Source of the DNA: a virus | Strand: one strand, 5' to 3' | IMG/VR virus record: IMGVR_UViG_3300049783_000824 | Coordinates: 9,687 to 73,686 of that record | DNA: 64,000 bases | Shown: positions 29,393-40,021 of the stretch, piece after piece | Layout: the number at the start of each line of letters is the position of its first letter | Numbering within the stretch: position 1 is the stretch's first letter | Notes under the pieces: generated by a model | Database searches by the model: none | Told to the model about the DNA's origin: nothing | Seen by the model: the letters and a program-made list of their open reading frames with translations, nothing else | Program-made: the position numbers and the translations under genes

Positions 29393-29813
29393 GTCGTTTC
29401 CTTACTATTTCTATACCCTGAGAAACTTCCTTCTTCTTTCTCTTTCTAATCTTAGATGGGCCATCCATATTAAAATGTGGTAATGGTCCAATAACCCTAG
29501 TTACGTAATCTAGGGGGAAAGCTCGTAGTATATTTTCAGTAGACTCACTAAGACCTCTCCTAGAGAATTCAATGGAAATAGGATACCTATCACCATTGGT
29601 ATGATACCACTCATCTGCAATCTCAATCAAGGTTTCTTCATCAAACCGTTCAGGACCACATAGATCAATAACATACCCGTATATGTATTTCTTTGATACG
29701 TTATCAACTATATTAAGAAAACTTTTGTCGTTATAACGTATAAGCGTTATGAACTGATATCCTTCATAGTCATCTGGATGTGGTTCTACTACCAATGGAA
29801 ATTTCTTACTCAT
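29385..29813 (-). CDS. Hypothetical protein
   Basis: AGGA SD, 142 aa. Confidence 0.6.
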   Translation of the reverse strand: MSKKFPLVVEPHPDDYEGYQFITLIRYNDKSFLNIVDNVSKKYIYGYVIDLCGPERFDEETLIEIADEWYHTNGDRYPISIEFSRRGLSESTENILRAFPLDYVTRVIGPLPHFNMDGPSKIRKRKKKEVSQGIEIVRKRLK

Positions 29814-29929
29814 GATTAAGATCCTTTATTATTTCATACACTTAATATCTATAGCCATTATATCCCGAAGTCACAATAACTAACATGTATATTAAAACAC
29901 AACCGTTTATGCTGGGAATCCAGTATGGG

Positions 29930-31591
29930 CTATAGTGCTGGTAATTGGTATATGTATGCCTTACCTGACCCATCAGTAACACCATCTTCAGTTTCACCCT
30001 GTGCACCAACTATTGCATAGTTTCCATCTATTGCCACAGACGATCCGAATTGGTCAGCACCACTAGTACCATGTGCATTTGGATTATCTAATGTAAATAA
30101 TAATGCCCCAGTAGTGACATTAAATATGTATGCCTTACCTGAACTAAAACCATCAACATCATCTTCGTTAGATGCACCAGCTATAGCATAATTACCACCT
30201 ATGGCTACAGTCTGAGCGAAACGGTCACCAGTACTAGTACTGTATGCATTTGGGTTATCTAATGTAAATAATAATGCCCCAGTTGTAACGTTAAATATGT
30301 ATGCTTTACCTGAAAGACCACCGGCATCAGCCTCGTTGTATGCACCAACTATTGCATAGTCTCCACTTATTGCAACAACGGATGCAAAGTAGTCAGTAGC
30401 ACTAGTACTGTATGCATTTGGATTATCTAATGTAAATAATAATGCCCCAGTCGTGGCATTAAATATGTATGCCTTACCTGAACCGTTACCACCAGCATCA
30501 TCTTCGAAAGGTGCACCAGCTATAGCATAATTACCACCTATGGCTACAGTCTGACCGAAACGGTCATCATTACTAGTACTATATGCATTTGGATTATCTA
30601 ATGTAACTAATAATGCCCCAGTTGTGACATTGAATATGTATGCCTTACCACTACTGGTGCCACCAGCATCATCTTCCTTCCATGCGCTAACAATTGCGGA
30701 GTTTCCATCTATTGCTACAGAATATCCGAAACGGTCATCTAAACTTGTACCGAATGGGTTTGGGTTATCTAATGTAAATAATAAAGCCCCAGTTGCAACA
30801 TTAAATATGTATGCCTTACCGGAATCATTACCATTAGCATCATTTTCACCCCACGCACCAACTATTGCATAGTTTTCACTTACCGCAACAGATATCCCGA
30901 AGTAATCAGAAGCAGTAGTGCCGAATGAATTTGGGTTGTCAAGTGTATGTAATAGTGCACCGGTTGTAACGTTAAATATGTATGCCTTACCACTACTGGT
31001 GCCACCTGCATCATCTTCTGAATATGCCCCAACTATTGCGTAGTTACCACTTAGAGATGCACTGTTTCCGAAAACGTCTTGAAAACCAGTACCGTATGCA
31101 TTTGGGTTATCTAATGTATGTAATAATAATGGTGCACTGATTGGTGGTGTAATAGATGGTGTAATAGATGGTGTAATAGATGGTGTAATAGATGGTGTAA
31201 TAGATGGTGTAATAGATGGTGTTACTGCTGGTGTTACTGCTGGTGTTACTGCTGGTGTTACCGTTACAGAGGGTAAAGATAGATAATCCCATACCATAAG
31301 ATGTGCAATACCGACAGTTGGTGCATCAAAATCTACAGTTATGGTTGATTCATCGGTAAGTGTAATTGACACAAAATCTTTTTTAGTAATATCTTCACCG
31401 TTCTCATCATATATTCGGAGTATTAATGATTTTGATTGCCTACCATGTATTATAACCCAAGAGGCTCTTGGGTATTCTATCTTGAATCTATATGACCAAA
31501 AACCAGCACCAACCAACTCACTCGCGTTGATTGCATGCTTTCCTGTCACCAAGTCGATGTATACTGGAACAATTCTACTGTTATTAGTCAT
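29930..31591 (-). CDS. Virion/adhesin-like protein: small N-terminal beta domain, Thr-Pro linker, 7 FG-GAP-type beta-propeller repeats
   Basis: Seven ~57-aa repeats TLDNPN...FG.SVAI.GNYAIVGA...SGKAYIFN. Confidence 0.85.
   Translation of the reverse strand: MTNNSRIVPVYIDLVTGKHAINASELVGAGFWSYRFKIEYPRASWVIIHGRQSKSLILRIYDENGEDITKKDFVSITLTDESTITVDFDAPTVGIAHLMVWDYLSLPSVTVTPAVTPAVTPAVTPSITPSITPSITPSITPSITPSITPPISAPLLLHTLDNPNAYGTGFQDVFGNSASLSGNYAIVGAYSEDDAGGTSSGKAYIFNVTTGALLHTLDNPNSFGTTASDYFGISVAVSENYAIVGAWGENDANGNDSGKAYIFNVATGALLFTLDNPNPFGTSLDDRFGYSVAIDGNSAIVSAWKEDDAGGTSSGKAYIFNVTTGALLVTLDNPNAYSTSNDDRFGQTVAIGGNYAIAGAPFEDDAGGNGSGKAYIFNATTGALLFTLDNPNAYSTSATDYFASVVAISGDYAIVGAYNEADAGGLSGKAYIFNVTTGALLFTLDNPNAYSTSTGDRFAQTVAIGGNYAIAGASNEDDVDGFSSGKAYIFNVTTGALLFTLDNPNAHGTSGADQFGSSVAIDGNYAIVGAQGETEDGVTDGSGKAYIYQLPAL
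31146..31253. repeat. 12-bp tandem repeats (6x ggtgtaatagat + 3x ggtgttactgct) encoding a TPSI/TPAV linker
   Basis: Perfect repeats seen directly. Confidence 0.95.
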
Positions 31592-31620
31592 TTATAAAAA
31601 ACCTTTTATATGATTATATG

Positions 31621-31647
31621 TATTTATAAATGCTCCAGACATAAATA
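31621..31647. promoter_or_regulatory. Back-to-back late promoters
   Basis: TATAAATA on - (31621-31628) and CATAAATA on + (31640-31647), between divergent genes. Confidence 0.65.
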
Positions 31648-31674
31648 GTACCATAGACGATTGGAATATATTTT

Positions 31675-32460
31675 ATGAAAAAGACAAGACTTTTTGAGTT
31701 TATGAAAAATAAGCGATTTGAACTAACTGATTCAGAATTTGAAGTATCGGCTGAACCCAACCCATTCACCAACCCTAAGAAAAGTGTTATGATGGCAGAT
31801 GATGATATTACAGGGAAAGTGCGGCTTCGTGGCAAAGAAAGATATCATGACTTGGTAAACCGCATTGATGCATTAGATAAAATGCTTGACGCTGAGATGG
31901 GTTTAGATTATGATGAGAAGTATAAGACTAGTAAAGACGAAGATGATTACTATTTAAATACAAAAGATAGATCATATCGTAAAAATGAATTCAACGATGA
32001 GGAAGATGTTGATGATATTGATGCTGATGCTGGGTGGGCCTTTATGCGTAATCTTGCAGATGAAGATGATATGGGAGATGACTTCAACATGGACTTGGAA
32101 TCTGATGAGCAAGACATGGATGTTGACACCGGCATGGATGCCGACCCTGATTCTGATATGGAAGATGATATGGAAGATGATATGGAAGGTCCAGAAGAAC
32201 TCCCGTATGAAGGTATAGTTAGGGCAGTCAAGGGTGCTTATTTAGTATCCAAGAAAGAACAAGCGGACGAAACCTTCACTGAGGTATGGATGTACAATGT
32301 TGGAAAGAAGTATGACGATGAAGCCAACATCCGTAAAGCTATACTTTCTGGTACTGACATTGACCCAACTAAGAACTTCTCTGAGGATGGCACACAGGAG
32401 GCCGTTATAACATCAGTAGGTAATGTTCAATTTCTAACACTGGTGGGAATACCTGATTAA
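31675..32460 (+). CDS. Acidic hypothetical protein (likely head-associated)
   Basis: Asp/Met-rich centre, late promoter. Confidence 0.6.
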   Translation: MKKTRLFEFMKNKRFELTDSEFEVSAEPNPFTNPKKSVMMADDDITGKVRLRGKERYHDLVNRIDALDKMLDAEMGLDYDEKYKTSKDEDDYYLNTKDRSYRKNEFNDEEDVDDIDADAGWAFMRNLADEDDMGDDFNMDLESDEQDMDVDTGMDADPDSDMEDDMEDDMEGPEELPYEGIVRAVKGAYLVSKKEQADETFTEVWMYNVGKKYDDEANIRKAILSGTDIDPTKNFSEDGTQEAVITSVGNVQFLTLVGIPD

Positions 32461-32514
32461 CTTGTGTTATCTTTAACATTATGATATAATATTCCTTTAA
32501 GGAGAAATTATCTA

Positions 32515-32958
32515 ATGGATACAAAAACAGTAAATTTAGAAGATATTGGAAAAGAACATGTTTCTGGAGAAAACCCAGATGGTGCTGACCTCACATCTGA
32601 GGTTCTATCTGCCCTTGGAATTTTGCAAGATCAGGTACAGCAGAATGAACCAGAGTATGTTGAGCCAGATAATCTCCCAGAAGAAGATATAGCAAACTTC
32701 CGTAAACTATATCAACTATCAAATGAGACAATTGGTAGTTATATGCACACAGCCGCGAAACTTCAGGACAACATTAAAACAGCAAAGACTTCTTATAAGG
32801 TTGACCTGTATACCAAAAAGTTTAAAAAGATTAAAGAAAAGTTTCAGGATGAATTAGCTAGAAATATTCAACTTGAAACATTCTTTAAGGATAATGGTAT
32901 TGAACCTACAGTGGAAGTTGTTACTGAAGATGCTACTCCTGAGAGTGAAGTTAAATGA
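32515..32958 (+). CDS. Hypothetical protein
   Basis: AAGGAG SD, TATAAT upstream. Confidence 0.6.
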   Translation: MDTKTVNLEDIGKEHVSGENPDGADLTSEVLSALGILQDQVQQNEPEYVEPDNLPEEDIANFRKLYQLSNETIGSYMHTAAKLQDNIKTAKTSYKVDLYTKKFKKIKEKFQDELARNIQLETFFKDNGIEPTVEVVTEDATPESEVK

Positions 32959-33563
32959 TTATAGGGGTATCTGGTGCACAGGGTCAAGGCAAATCAACAC
33001 TTATAAGTGATTGTGATGCTAGTAACTCTGGTGGGCGTAAGTTATGGCTACAGACCTCTAGAAAACTACTCATCGATTGGGGATATACATTGGGCGACGT
33101 TAATAAGTATGCCCCATTAAAAGTTAAATTTCAAGATGAAATTATTAAACGACATGAGAAATCACTAATCTGGGCACTTGAACAAGCATCAGAAGCTAAG
33201 CATGTGTTTTTATCTGAAAGAACATTTGCAGACATATTTACTTATGCCCTTGCATCAATAGGCCCACACAATGAATATTCCAATTGGCTAGATGAGTATG
33301 CAGAAAAGTGCTCAGAAGCTCAAAAGAAGTATTTCCATACAGTGTTATTTCTGCAGGGCAGGGAATATGTCCCGGAGGATGACGGTGTTAGGTCTGTAAA
33401 TATTCATTTTGCACATCTTGCAAATTCAATGATATTACATTATGCTGAAACATTCTCGAATAATGACTCGTTACTTGTTGTTAATGTGTCTGATAGGAAA
33501 TCAAGAGTTCAACACTTAAATGCTAGAATAGCTAAAATAAAGGAAGAAAATAAATGGGCATAA
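32955..33563 (+). CDS. P-loop nucleoside/nucleotide kinase-like protein
   Basis: GAQGQGKST, ERTFAD, EDDGVR. Confidence 0.75.
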   Translation: MIIGVSGAQGQGKSTLISDCDASNSGGRKLWLQTSRKLLIDWGYTLGDVNKYAPLKVKFQDEIIKRHEKSLIWALEQASEAKHVFLSERTFADIFTYALASIGPHNEYSNWLDEYAEKCSEAQKKYFHTVLFLQGREYVPEDDGVRSVNIHFAHLANSMILHYAETFSNNDSLLVVNVSDRKSRVQHLNARIAKIKEENKWA

Positions 33564-34162
33564 AGATACACGACATAATTGCAATAGACTGTGAAACTAG
33601 TGGCATGAACCTAAATGCAAACAGATGCCTTAATCAGAATTCTGTAGCACATGGATACCAAGCAGTATCATGGGGCATTGTTATTACCGACACTGAAACC
33701 TTTAAGGTTAAGGATGAACTATACGTCATGATCAAATGGAATGGTAAATCCAAATGGAATGCAAAAGCTGAGAGTATACATGGCCTTAGTAAGGAATACC
33801 TTGAAGAACATGGTATGGATGAGGAAGACGCAGTTGTTGAAATCATGGAGTTCCTGATGAAGCATCTGGATATTACAGCACCACTGTATTGCCTTGGGCA
33901 TAATGTCGTATCGTTTGATATTCCTTTCCTGAAAGATTTGTTCACTCGATATGAGTTATCAGACATTAAGTTTGGGCATAGACACCTAGACACGTTTGCA
34001 CTTTCTATGGGTACGGTACAGGAGTTTGATTCTGACACACTATTCAAACGTGTTGGGCTTAAGGATAGGGGTGAGCATAACGCATTAGAAGATGCAAAAA
34101 ACGCACTTGAAGTGTATCGGAGACTAAATAAAGCATGGACACAGATGTTAGCGAAAAGTTAG
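33554..34162 (+). CDS. DEDDh 3'-5' exonuclease (DnaQ/epsilon-like)
   Basis: IDCETSG, GHNV.FD, DT, HNALEDA. Confidence 0.9.
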   Translation: MGIKIHDIIAIDCETSGMNLNANRCLNQNSVAHGYQAVSWGIVITDTETFKVKDELYVMIKWNGKSKWNAKAESIHGLSKEYLEEHGMDEEDAVVEIMEFLMKHLDITAPLYCLGHNVVSFDIPFLKDLFTRYELSDIKFGHRHLDTFALSMGTVQEFDSDTLFKRVGLKDRGEHNALEDAKNALEVYRRLNKAWTQMLAKS

Positions 34163-34353
34163 AACAGTTAAGAAAAACCATTATTGATATGGATAAGGCT
34201 TATAAAAAAGATTTCAATGCACATAAAAATGCAATAAACTTAACGGCTAAGAAATTATCAATATTAAGGCTAGAACTTAAGGCAGCTAAAGATCAGATTA
34301 GGACACTGAAATCTGATGTTAGTAGCCTTAAGTCTTCAATACGGAGAACGTGA
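34135..34353 (+). CDS. Small coiled-coil hypothetical protein
   Basis: Overlap-coupled ORF. Confidence 0.5.
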   Translation: MDTDVSEKLEQLRKTIIDMDKAYKKDFNAHKNAINLTAKKLSILRLELKAAKDQIRTLKSDVSSLKSSIRRT

Positions 34354-34778
34354 TGTTTAGTTATATCAAAATTGCTTTATTTGTAGCTACTATAGGTGCC
34401 CTAGGATCAGCATATGCATACCATACAATCACCGTTGCTGAGTTCAAGGCCGATGTTGCCCAGTTAGAGGCAAACAATCATACACTCAAGGAGAACAACG
34501 CATCTCTTATGGTGGCAGCTGAAAATAATGCAGCTAAAGTTCTTGAACTAGAGACGCAGAGAGATGAAGAACACTTAGCTGTTGTTAACCTAACTATCAA
34601 AACCCAAGAATTGGAAGAGGATAGGAAAAAGTTCATGCGAATATTTAAGGATCATAACCTTACCAGACTTGCACGTGCTAAACCGGGGCTAATAGAGACT
34701 CGTATTAATAATGCCACGGATGCCGTATTTAAGCAAGTGGAAGATCACAGCAAGGAGATTCAAGATGCGGATATGTAG
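34350..34778 (+). CDS. i-spanin (Rz-like)
   Basis: N-terminal TM, coiled coil, AKPGLIE.RIN. Confidence 0.8.
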   Translation: MMFSYIKIALFVATIGALGSAYAYHTITVAEFKADVAQLEANNHTLKENNASLMVAAENNAAKVLELETQRDEEHLAVVNLTIKTQELEEDRKKFMRIFKDHNLTRLARAKPGLIETRINNATDAVFKQVEDHSKEIQDADM

Positions 34779-35172
34779 CCTATTGATTGCACTATCACTG
34801 TTAGGTGGTTGTTCATGGTTTGGTGGTTCAGAAATCTTACCAGAACCTATTGTTGTTACAAAGATTGAAACAGTACCTCTTCGGATATACCAACCACCAT
34901 TACCAGCCCAGATAGATATGGTTGGTATTACTTGGTTTGTCATTACTGAAGAGAATGCTGAAGAGAAATTCAAGGAAATCGAAAAGATTCTTGATGGCCA
35001 AGTAGTCATATTTGCATTAACCCCCGATGGTTATGAAAAAATGGCTGGAAACCTCCAAGAAATGCAAAGATATATCCTACAACAAAAAGAACTAATCCTA
35101 TATTATCGCCATGCCACTAGTGATAGTGAAGGCACAACTGCTGCAGATTGGTTGAAAAATAATCCTGAATAA
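34765..35172 (+). CDS. o-spanin lipoprotein (Rz1-like)
   Basis: Lipobox LLGGC, Pro-rich PPLP, overlaps the i-spanin end. Confidence 0.8.
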   Translation: MRICSLLIALSLLGGCSWFGGSEILPEPIVVTKIETVPLRIYQPPLPAQIDMVGITWFVITEENAEEKFKEIEKILDGQVVIFALTPDGYEKMAGNLQEMQRYILQQKELILYYRHATSDSEGTTAADWLKNNPE

Positions 35173-35251
35173 TCAAGATATTATCAGTTATGAACTAAGA
35201 TCGTAACCGATTGATAAATATATCTGAATGCCAAAAGGATTATAGTATAAC

Positions 35252-35644
35252 ATGACACTTAAAAAGTACAATGACTCCAGTGATCTGGTTATTTTAGCTG
35301 AATATAAAGACCCATTAGACAATGAATACTTCTTTTTATTGGATGAGTCATTGAATCAAATTTCATTTGCTACTAAGAGTGTGGGTGCAGCCAAGGGGTT
35401 TAAAGACTTTCTTATGAAGCACCCGTATATGACTGGTATGGCTGTAGCTGTTGGTATGAATGCATTAGACACTTATAAGTCGAACAAGAGGCTCACTACC
35501 CGTTTTTTCGCCACCACACAAATAGAGCGTGAAATGTATAAGAACATGTCTGAAGAATTAGCTAAGGGTGGCAACTATACTATATTGAAGCGTGGCAAAC
35601 GCGTCAAGGGTGGATGGCTTTGGGAATTAAAAAAGAAGGGTTAA
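35252..35644 (+). CDS. Hypothetical late protein
   Basis: GATAAATA upstream, ILAE site. Confidence 0.55.
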   Translation: MTLKKYNDSSDLVILAEYKDPLDNEYFFLLDESLNQISFATKSVGAAKGFKDFLMKHPYMTGMAVAVGMNALDTYKSNKRLTTRFFATTQIEREMYKNMSEELAKGGNYTILKRGKRVKGGWLWELKKKG

Positions 35645-35648
35645 ACAC

Positions 35649-35990
35649 ATGAGAAGCCTATTTGATATAATGGGATTGACCGAAAATAAGAAAGAAGATG
35701 AAAGAAGGGCAGTTTTCAAGGAAACAGACCCCATGTCTCCGTTCCCCAATGATACAATAACTGCCCTCCAGCGAGAAATAAATAAAGGTGCAAAGGATTT
35801 AGAAAAGGATTGGGATAATGCTTTAGAGCTTGTGGATAATAGCTTTTCTGAACTAGAAGTCCCTAAACCAAAACCCCAACAAACAAAACGATGGGAACAG
35901 TATAATGTTCTTATCGCAACTGCCGTCAACGACCTATATGAAGCACGTGGGTTAGAAGGTAGTTGGAGAACTACCAAAACTAATAAATAG
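35649..35990 (+). CDS. Hypothetical protein with capsid-targeting-like leader
   Basis: MRSLFDIMGLTE. Confidence 0.6.
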   Translation: MRSLFDIMGLTENKKEDERRAVFKETDPMSPFPNDTITALQREINKGAKDLEKDWDNALELVDNSFSELEVPKPKPQQTKRWEQYNVLIATAVNDLYEARGLEGSWRTTKTNK

Positions 35991-36010
35991 AATATAACGA
36001 GGTTACTACT

Positions 36011-38077
36011 ATGAACAAAGACATTTTACGGTTGCTTGAACTATCTGGACAGAAAGAGAAAAGCATCACTGTTAGTAAATTATACGAAGGCTATAAGGTT
36101 AACCCTGCTGCCGACGAAGATGGTATGGATGCCATTAAAGGTCTTGAAGGACCATTCCGAATGAAGAATGGTCGTGTTGTATACTATGACCCGAAAGAGG
36201 GCAAGTACTATGATAGACGTACTGATATGTATTTGTCAAGGGAAGAAGCAGCTGCTCTACATGAAGCTGGCACACAATTCAATGAAGGGGTTATCCTCCA
36301 TGCTACTGGCGAAGATAAATCAATATCTCTACGTTTAGAAGCCATGTTGGGTATGCTGCAAGTGGCATCTGTATTACATAACAATGGTTATGATAATTTT
36401 GAAGTAACTGATGCTGATGGTAAGCGTGCACCAATTAAAGTTGATGACCTTTATAAAGTTGTTGAAGAATCTGATTCACCTGACGTAGAAAATGTATATG
36501 AAATGTCTAAGAATGAAAGAAAACCAAACGAAAAAGAAAGTAGGGAAATGATTAAGGATTGTATTACTCAGCACCTGAAAAGAATGCCATACACCACGGC
36601 AGTGTCTCAATCATACGAGTTGTCCATGACTTATTTTGTTGACAGTGGCTTTTATGACCTAGATACGTTCCAAGGTATGTTCGATGAGGTAGTTGATGAC
36701 ATTGGTGATGTGGATGGTGAACATCCACTAGATTATCAACATCGCCTTAAGTCTGAAGGTGTTGCAAAGGGTCGCCCAAGTGATCTTAAGCATACTGGTG
36801 GTCTATCACAAGCTACTAACCAAAGTGAAAAGAAAGCCCTTAAAGCTAAAGAACGTCAACAGGGTAAGGAAGCTGCAAAGGTTACAGAAGGTGATAAATC
36901 TGACTATTCTTCATGGAAAGAAAGTGTTAGTAAAAAGCATGGTTCTGAAAAGATATCATTTTTTGGTGATGAAAAAGACCTTGCCGGTGCAACTGTAACT
37001 GTTGATGGTAAGAAGAAATCTGTAGGTACATGGGACGGTACTAAGGGTGTAGTTCATGAATCAGCCCAAGACATCGTTGAAGCTACAAAACCAAGTGCAG
37101 AATTGATATCTAATGCTGCTGATAAATTAAAAAGTAAATTGGTTGGTGATAAAGTAGACCCTAAGGCTGGTATTCGTAGAGAACCAACTAAGCCTAATGC
37201 TACCACAAAGGTTGTAGACTCGTCACGTGATGTAGTTGAAGGTGAAGATGAAACAGCACCAGCATTTGCAAAGGGTGATAGTGTTATGTACAAAGACTCT
37301 AAAAAGGTAGTGGTTGTGGCAGACGGCCCAGCTAATATGGTAGGCATCTCAGATAAAGCTGATGGTAAGGTCGATATGGTTAAATCTTGCGATTTGACCA
37401 AAGCTACCACATCAGTTGAAGAAGCTGCAGCAAGAATAATGGAGCTAAGCAAGGGTACACTACGTAACTATATTGACAAAGCTACTACTTCACAAATGTA
37501 TAAGGATGAGGACAATGCAGACCGGGATCATAGGCGAGGTAGGGGTAGTGTAGCTAAAACAAAACAACCACAACATTACCGTGACTCTAAGCAAACACGT
37601 GAGAAGGGTATCGGTGCTGCAAGTGTTAAGGTAGCTCGTAAAGACAGAGAAGATATGCGTGCAAGGGCTAATGAGGGTAACGTGAGTGAGGCAATGATGG
37701 CATCACCTGCTAACCTATTCATTAACAGTGATCTACCAGCCAACGCTGTAGATGATGCTGATCTAAAGGGTGAGCGTACTGGCCAGAAGGACCGAACAAC
37801 TGTTAAAAATAAAGTCCCTAAGGAAGTTATTGGTGCTATCAAAAAGAGAGTAGCCGAAATTAAAAAATCTATTGAAAGATATGATGATAAGGGATATAAT
37901 GATCTAAGTGTTAAAGAGAATGCAGTTGATGCTCTTGAGCAAATTAGTGACAATCTGGCCCGTGGAGATCATGAAGGTTTCATGGAAGCGCAAATGTTCT
38001 TCCTAACCCTAATGAGTCCAATATGGGATCTGTTTCCTGCGCAGGTAGTAAATTATCTAGCAAAGGGATCTGAATAA
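36011..38077 (+). CDS. Large charged protein, likely internal head protein with many gp21-type cleavage sites
   Basis: MNKDILRLLELSG leader, recurring hydrophobic-x-E sites. Confidence 0.65.
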   Translation: MNKDILRLLELSGQKEKSITVSKLYEGYKVNPAADEDGMDAIKGLEGPFRMKNGRVVYYDPKEGKYYDRRTDMYLSREEAAALHEAGTQFNEGVILHATGEDKSISLRLEAMLGMLQVASVLHNNGYDNFEVTDADGKRAPIKVDDLYKVVEESDSPDVENVYEMSKNERKPNEKESREMIKDCITQHLKRMPYTTAVSQSYELSMTYFVDSGFYDLDTFQGMFDEVVDDIGDVDGEHPLDYQHRLKSEGVAKGRPSDLKHTGGLSQATNQSEKKALKAKERQQGKEAAKVTEGDKSDYSSWKESVSKKHGSEKISFFGDEKDLAGATVTVDGKKKSVGTWDGTKGVVHESAQDIVEATKPSAELISNAADKLKSKLVGDKVDPKAGIRREPTKPNATTKVVDSSRDVVEGEDETAPAFAKGDSVMYKDSKKVVVVADGPANMVGISDKADGKVDMVKSCDLTKATTSVEEAAARIMELSKGTLRNYIDKATTSQMYKDEDNADRDHRRGRGSVAKTKQPQHYRDSKQTREKGIGAASVKVARKDREDMRARANEGNVSEAMMASPANLFINSDLPANAVDDADLKGERTGQKDRTTVKNKVPKEVIGAIKKRVAEIKKSIERYDDKGYNDLSVKENAVDALEQISDNLARGDHEGFMEAQMFFLTLMSPIWDLFPAQVVNYLAKGSE

Positions 38078-38102
38078 TTAATAGTTAATAATTGTTCATA
38101 CC

Positions 38103-38130
38103 AAAGGGGACTACATGTCCCCTTTTTATT
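38103..38130 (+). terminator. Rho-independent terminator
   Basis: aaaggggac-tacat-gtcccc-ttttt. Confidence 0.8.
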
Positions 38131-38139
38131 GAGGTAAAT

Positions 38140-38307
38140 ATGTACGTTTGTTTTTGTGGTGATAAGACGGAAGAAGAAATCATAGAGTCCATACACTCTG
38201 GAAACAACACTATGGAAGCACTCATGTGTGAATTAGATGTTGGGACTGGTTGTGGGTCTTGCAGGTATTTAGTAGAACGAATACTACAAACAGCAGTTAC
38301 TTCTTAG
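38140..38307 (+). CDS. Bfd-like [2Fe-2S] ferredoxin
   Basis: MYVCFC...GTGCGSC, GAGG SD. Confidence 0.8.
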   Translation: MYVCFCGDKTEEEIIESIHSGNNTMEALMCELDVGTGCGSCRYLVERILQTAVTS

Positions 38308-38860
38308 TATTAGATATTAAACTGCTAATTAGCCTATTCTTCTTCCTTGATTCATTAAGTTCTTTAAGCTGGCGAGTTTCTTCAAATAGCTTAAGAAACT
38401 TTACCTTTTCATTAGCATAATATTCTTCTTGTAGTTCTTTCTTAGACTTAGAAGATAGTGGTTCTTTCTCTTTCTCTTTTGTTTTGGATAGAAGTGCTTT
38501 TATTTTATCATTGATATCCTTCTTGCGAGTAGCCTCGAATATAATACTATTTGAAGACTCTTTAAACAACCCTGCATTTTTAGAATTACTTTCAAATATA
38601 GGGTCAGTGTTTTTAAACACTTTATACTGTTCGGATATGGCTAGGTCAGAACCACCAAAGGCTTTAAACAAATATACCTTAGATTTGTCATAGTTATCAA
38701 ATTCAAATTCATATATACCGTCTTTAACTTCTTCCATGCCAAGCTTATCCACTACCAGAACACTTGAATCGTCCAGTGTTTCCCATACTTGGATAGTTGG
38801 TGCAAGACCAGTAGCCGGTGCATCGCCAATTGTAAATGAAGCTGATATGATTTTCTTCAT
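38297..38860 (-). CDS. Hypothetical late protein
   Basis: TATAAATA on - at 38879-38886. Confidence 0.6.
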   Translation of the reverse strand: MKKIISASFTIGDAPATGLAPTIQVWETLDDSSVLVVDKLGMEEVKDGIYEFEFDNYDKSKVYLFKAFGGSDLAISEQYKVFKNTDPIFESNSKNAGLFKESSNSIIFEATRKKDINDKIKALLSKTKEKEKEPLSSKSKKELQEEYYANEKVKFLKLFEETRQLKELNESRKKNRLISSLISNTKK

Positions 38861-38980
38861 AGTTCCCTCTGTTAATACTATTTATACTATTGTTATTTAT
38901 CAAAGTATCTGTTATACTTGCATATAATAAATTGTAACTAAAGAGCGGGTTCTTATCTCTTTTTATTTTAAAGGATACCA

Positions 38981-39526
38981 ATGGAAGTATTTAACAGTAA
39001 TAAATGGAAATTAAGATTTTTGCGAATGGCATATCAGTCAGCAGCATGGTCTAAGGACACATCAACACAGGTTGGTGCATGTATCGTAACCCCAGACGGC
39101 AAGCCAAGGTCATTTGGATTTAATGGGATACCAGTGGGCATAGACGATGATGTGCCAGAACGTTATGAAAGACCAGAGAAATATAACTGGTTTGAGCATG
39201 CTGAACGTAATGCAATATACTTGGCAGAAAGATCATTGAGTGGTTGTATATTATTTGTTACCCACTTACCCTGCCCAGATTGTATGCGAGGTATAATTCA
39301 GTCTGGTATAACATCAGTGGTTGTTGACAAGTTTAATGGTGGCGGGCTTAGAACTAGTGACTTTTGGGATGATAAGGCTAAGATAACATTCACTATGATG
39401 GATGAGGCTAAAATAAATGTTGACTTCATATACTCTGATGTTAAACTTGAACGAATCGGAACTGAGCTATTTGTAGTACCTCGAATGGAGGGAGAATGGA
39501 TGGAGATGGCAATAAATGAAACTTGA
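38981..39526 (+). CDS. cd: dCMP deaminase
   Basis: SKD.STQVGA, GFNG, HAERNA, PCPDC. Confidence 0.93.
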   Translation: MEVFNSNKWKLRFLRMAYQSAAWSKDTSTQVGACIVTPDGKPRSFGFNGIPVGIDDDVPERYERPEKYNWFEHAERNAIYLAERSLSGCILFVTHLPCPDCMRGIIQSGITSVVVDKFNGGGLRTSDFWDDKAKITFTMMDEAKINVDFIYSDVKLERIGTELFVVPRMEGEWMEMAINET

Positions 39527-40010
39527 TAATGTAAAAACGAATCCAGAAATAATTGTGATGGTTGGTCTTCCCGGCAGTGGAAAAAGTACATGGCGGGATA
39601 ATTTTCTTTCTGACAAATCATACGTTATTGTTTCCAGTGATGATGAGATAGAAGCGATGGCAGCTGCTGATGGGACTGACTATAACAGAGGCTTTCAGAA
39701 CTATATTGGTAAAGCCACAGCAATTAGTCAGCAAAAGTTTAAAGAAGCAGTAAATACCCATAAGAACATCATTTGGGATCAAACTAACCTGAACCCAAAG
39801 AAAAGGAAAGGGATATTACAACAAGTGCCAAAGCATTATAAAAAGATTGCAGTTGTATTTGAAGTTGATCCTGATGAGCTACAATCTAGGTTAGATAAAC
39901 GTGAAAAGAGTACGGGTAAGAGAATACCTTCCAATGTAATGCAAAGCATGGCCAAAAGCTATGTTAAGCCATCACGGGCAGAGGGGTTCGATGAAGTAAT
40001 AATTGCATAG
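39516..40010 (+). CDS. Polynucleotide kinase-like P-loop protein
   Basis: GLPGSGKSTW, SSD, WDQTN, EGFD. Confidence 0.8.
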   Translation: MKLDNVKTNPEIIVMVGLPGSGKSTWRDNFLSDKSYVIVSSDDEIEAMAAADGTDYNRGFQNYIGKATAISQQKFKEAVNTHKNIIWDQTNLNPKKRKGILQQVPKHYKKIAVVFEVDPDELQSRLDKREKSTGKRIPSNVMQSMAKSYVKPSRAEGFDEVIIA

Positions 40011-40021
40011 GAGCATAGGAC

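Noticed and set aside
29930-31140. Diversity-generating retroelement template/variable repeats
   Set aside because: The repeats are in-frame propeller blades with differences not confined to adenines, and no reverse transcriptase is present in the window.
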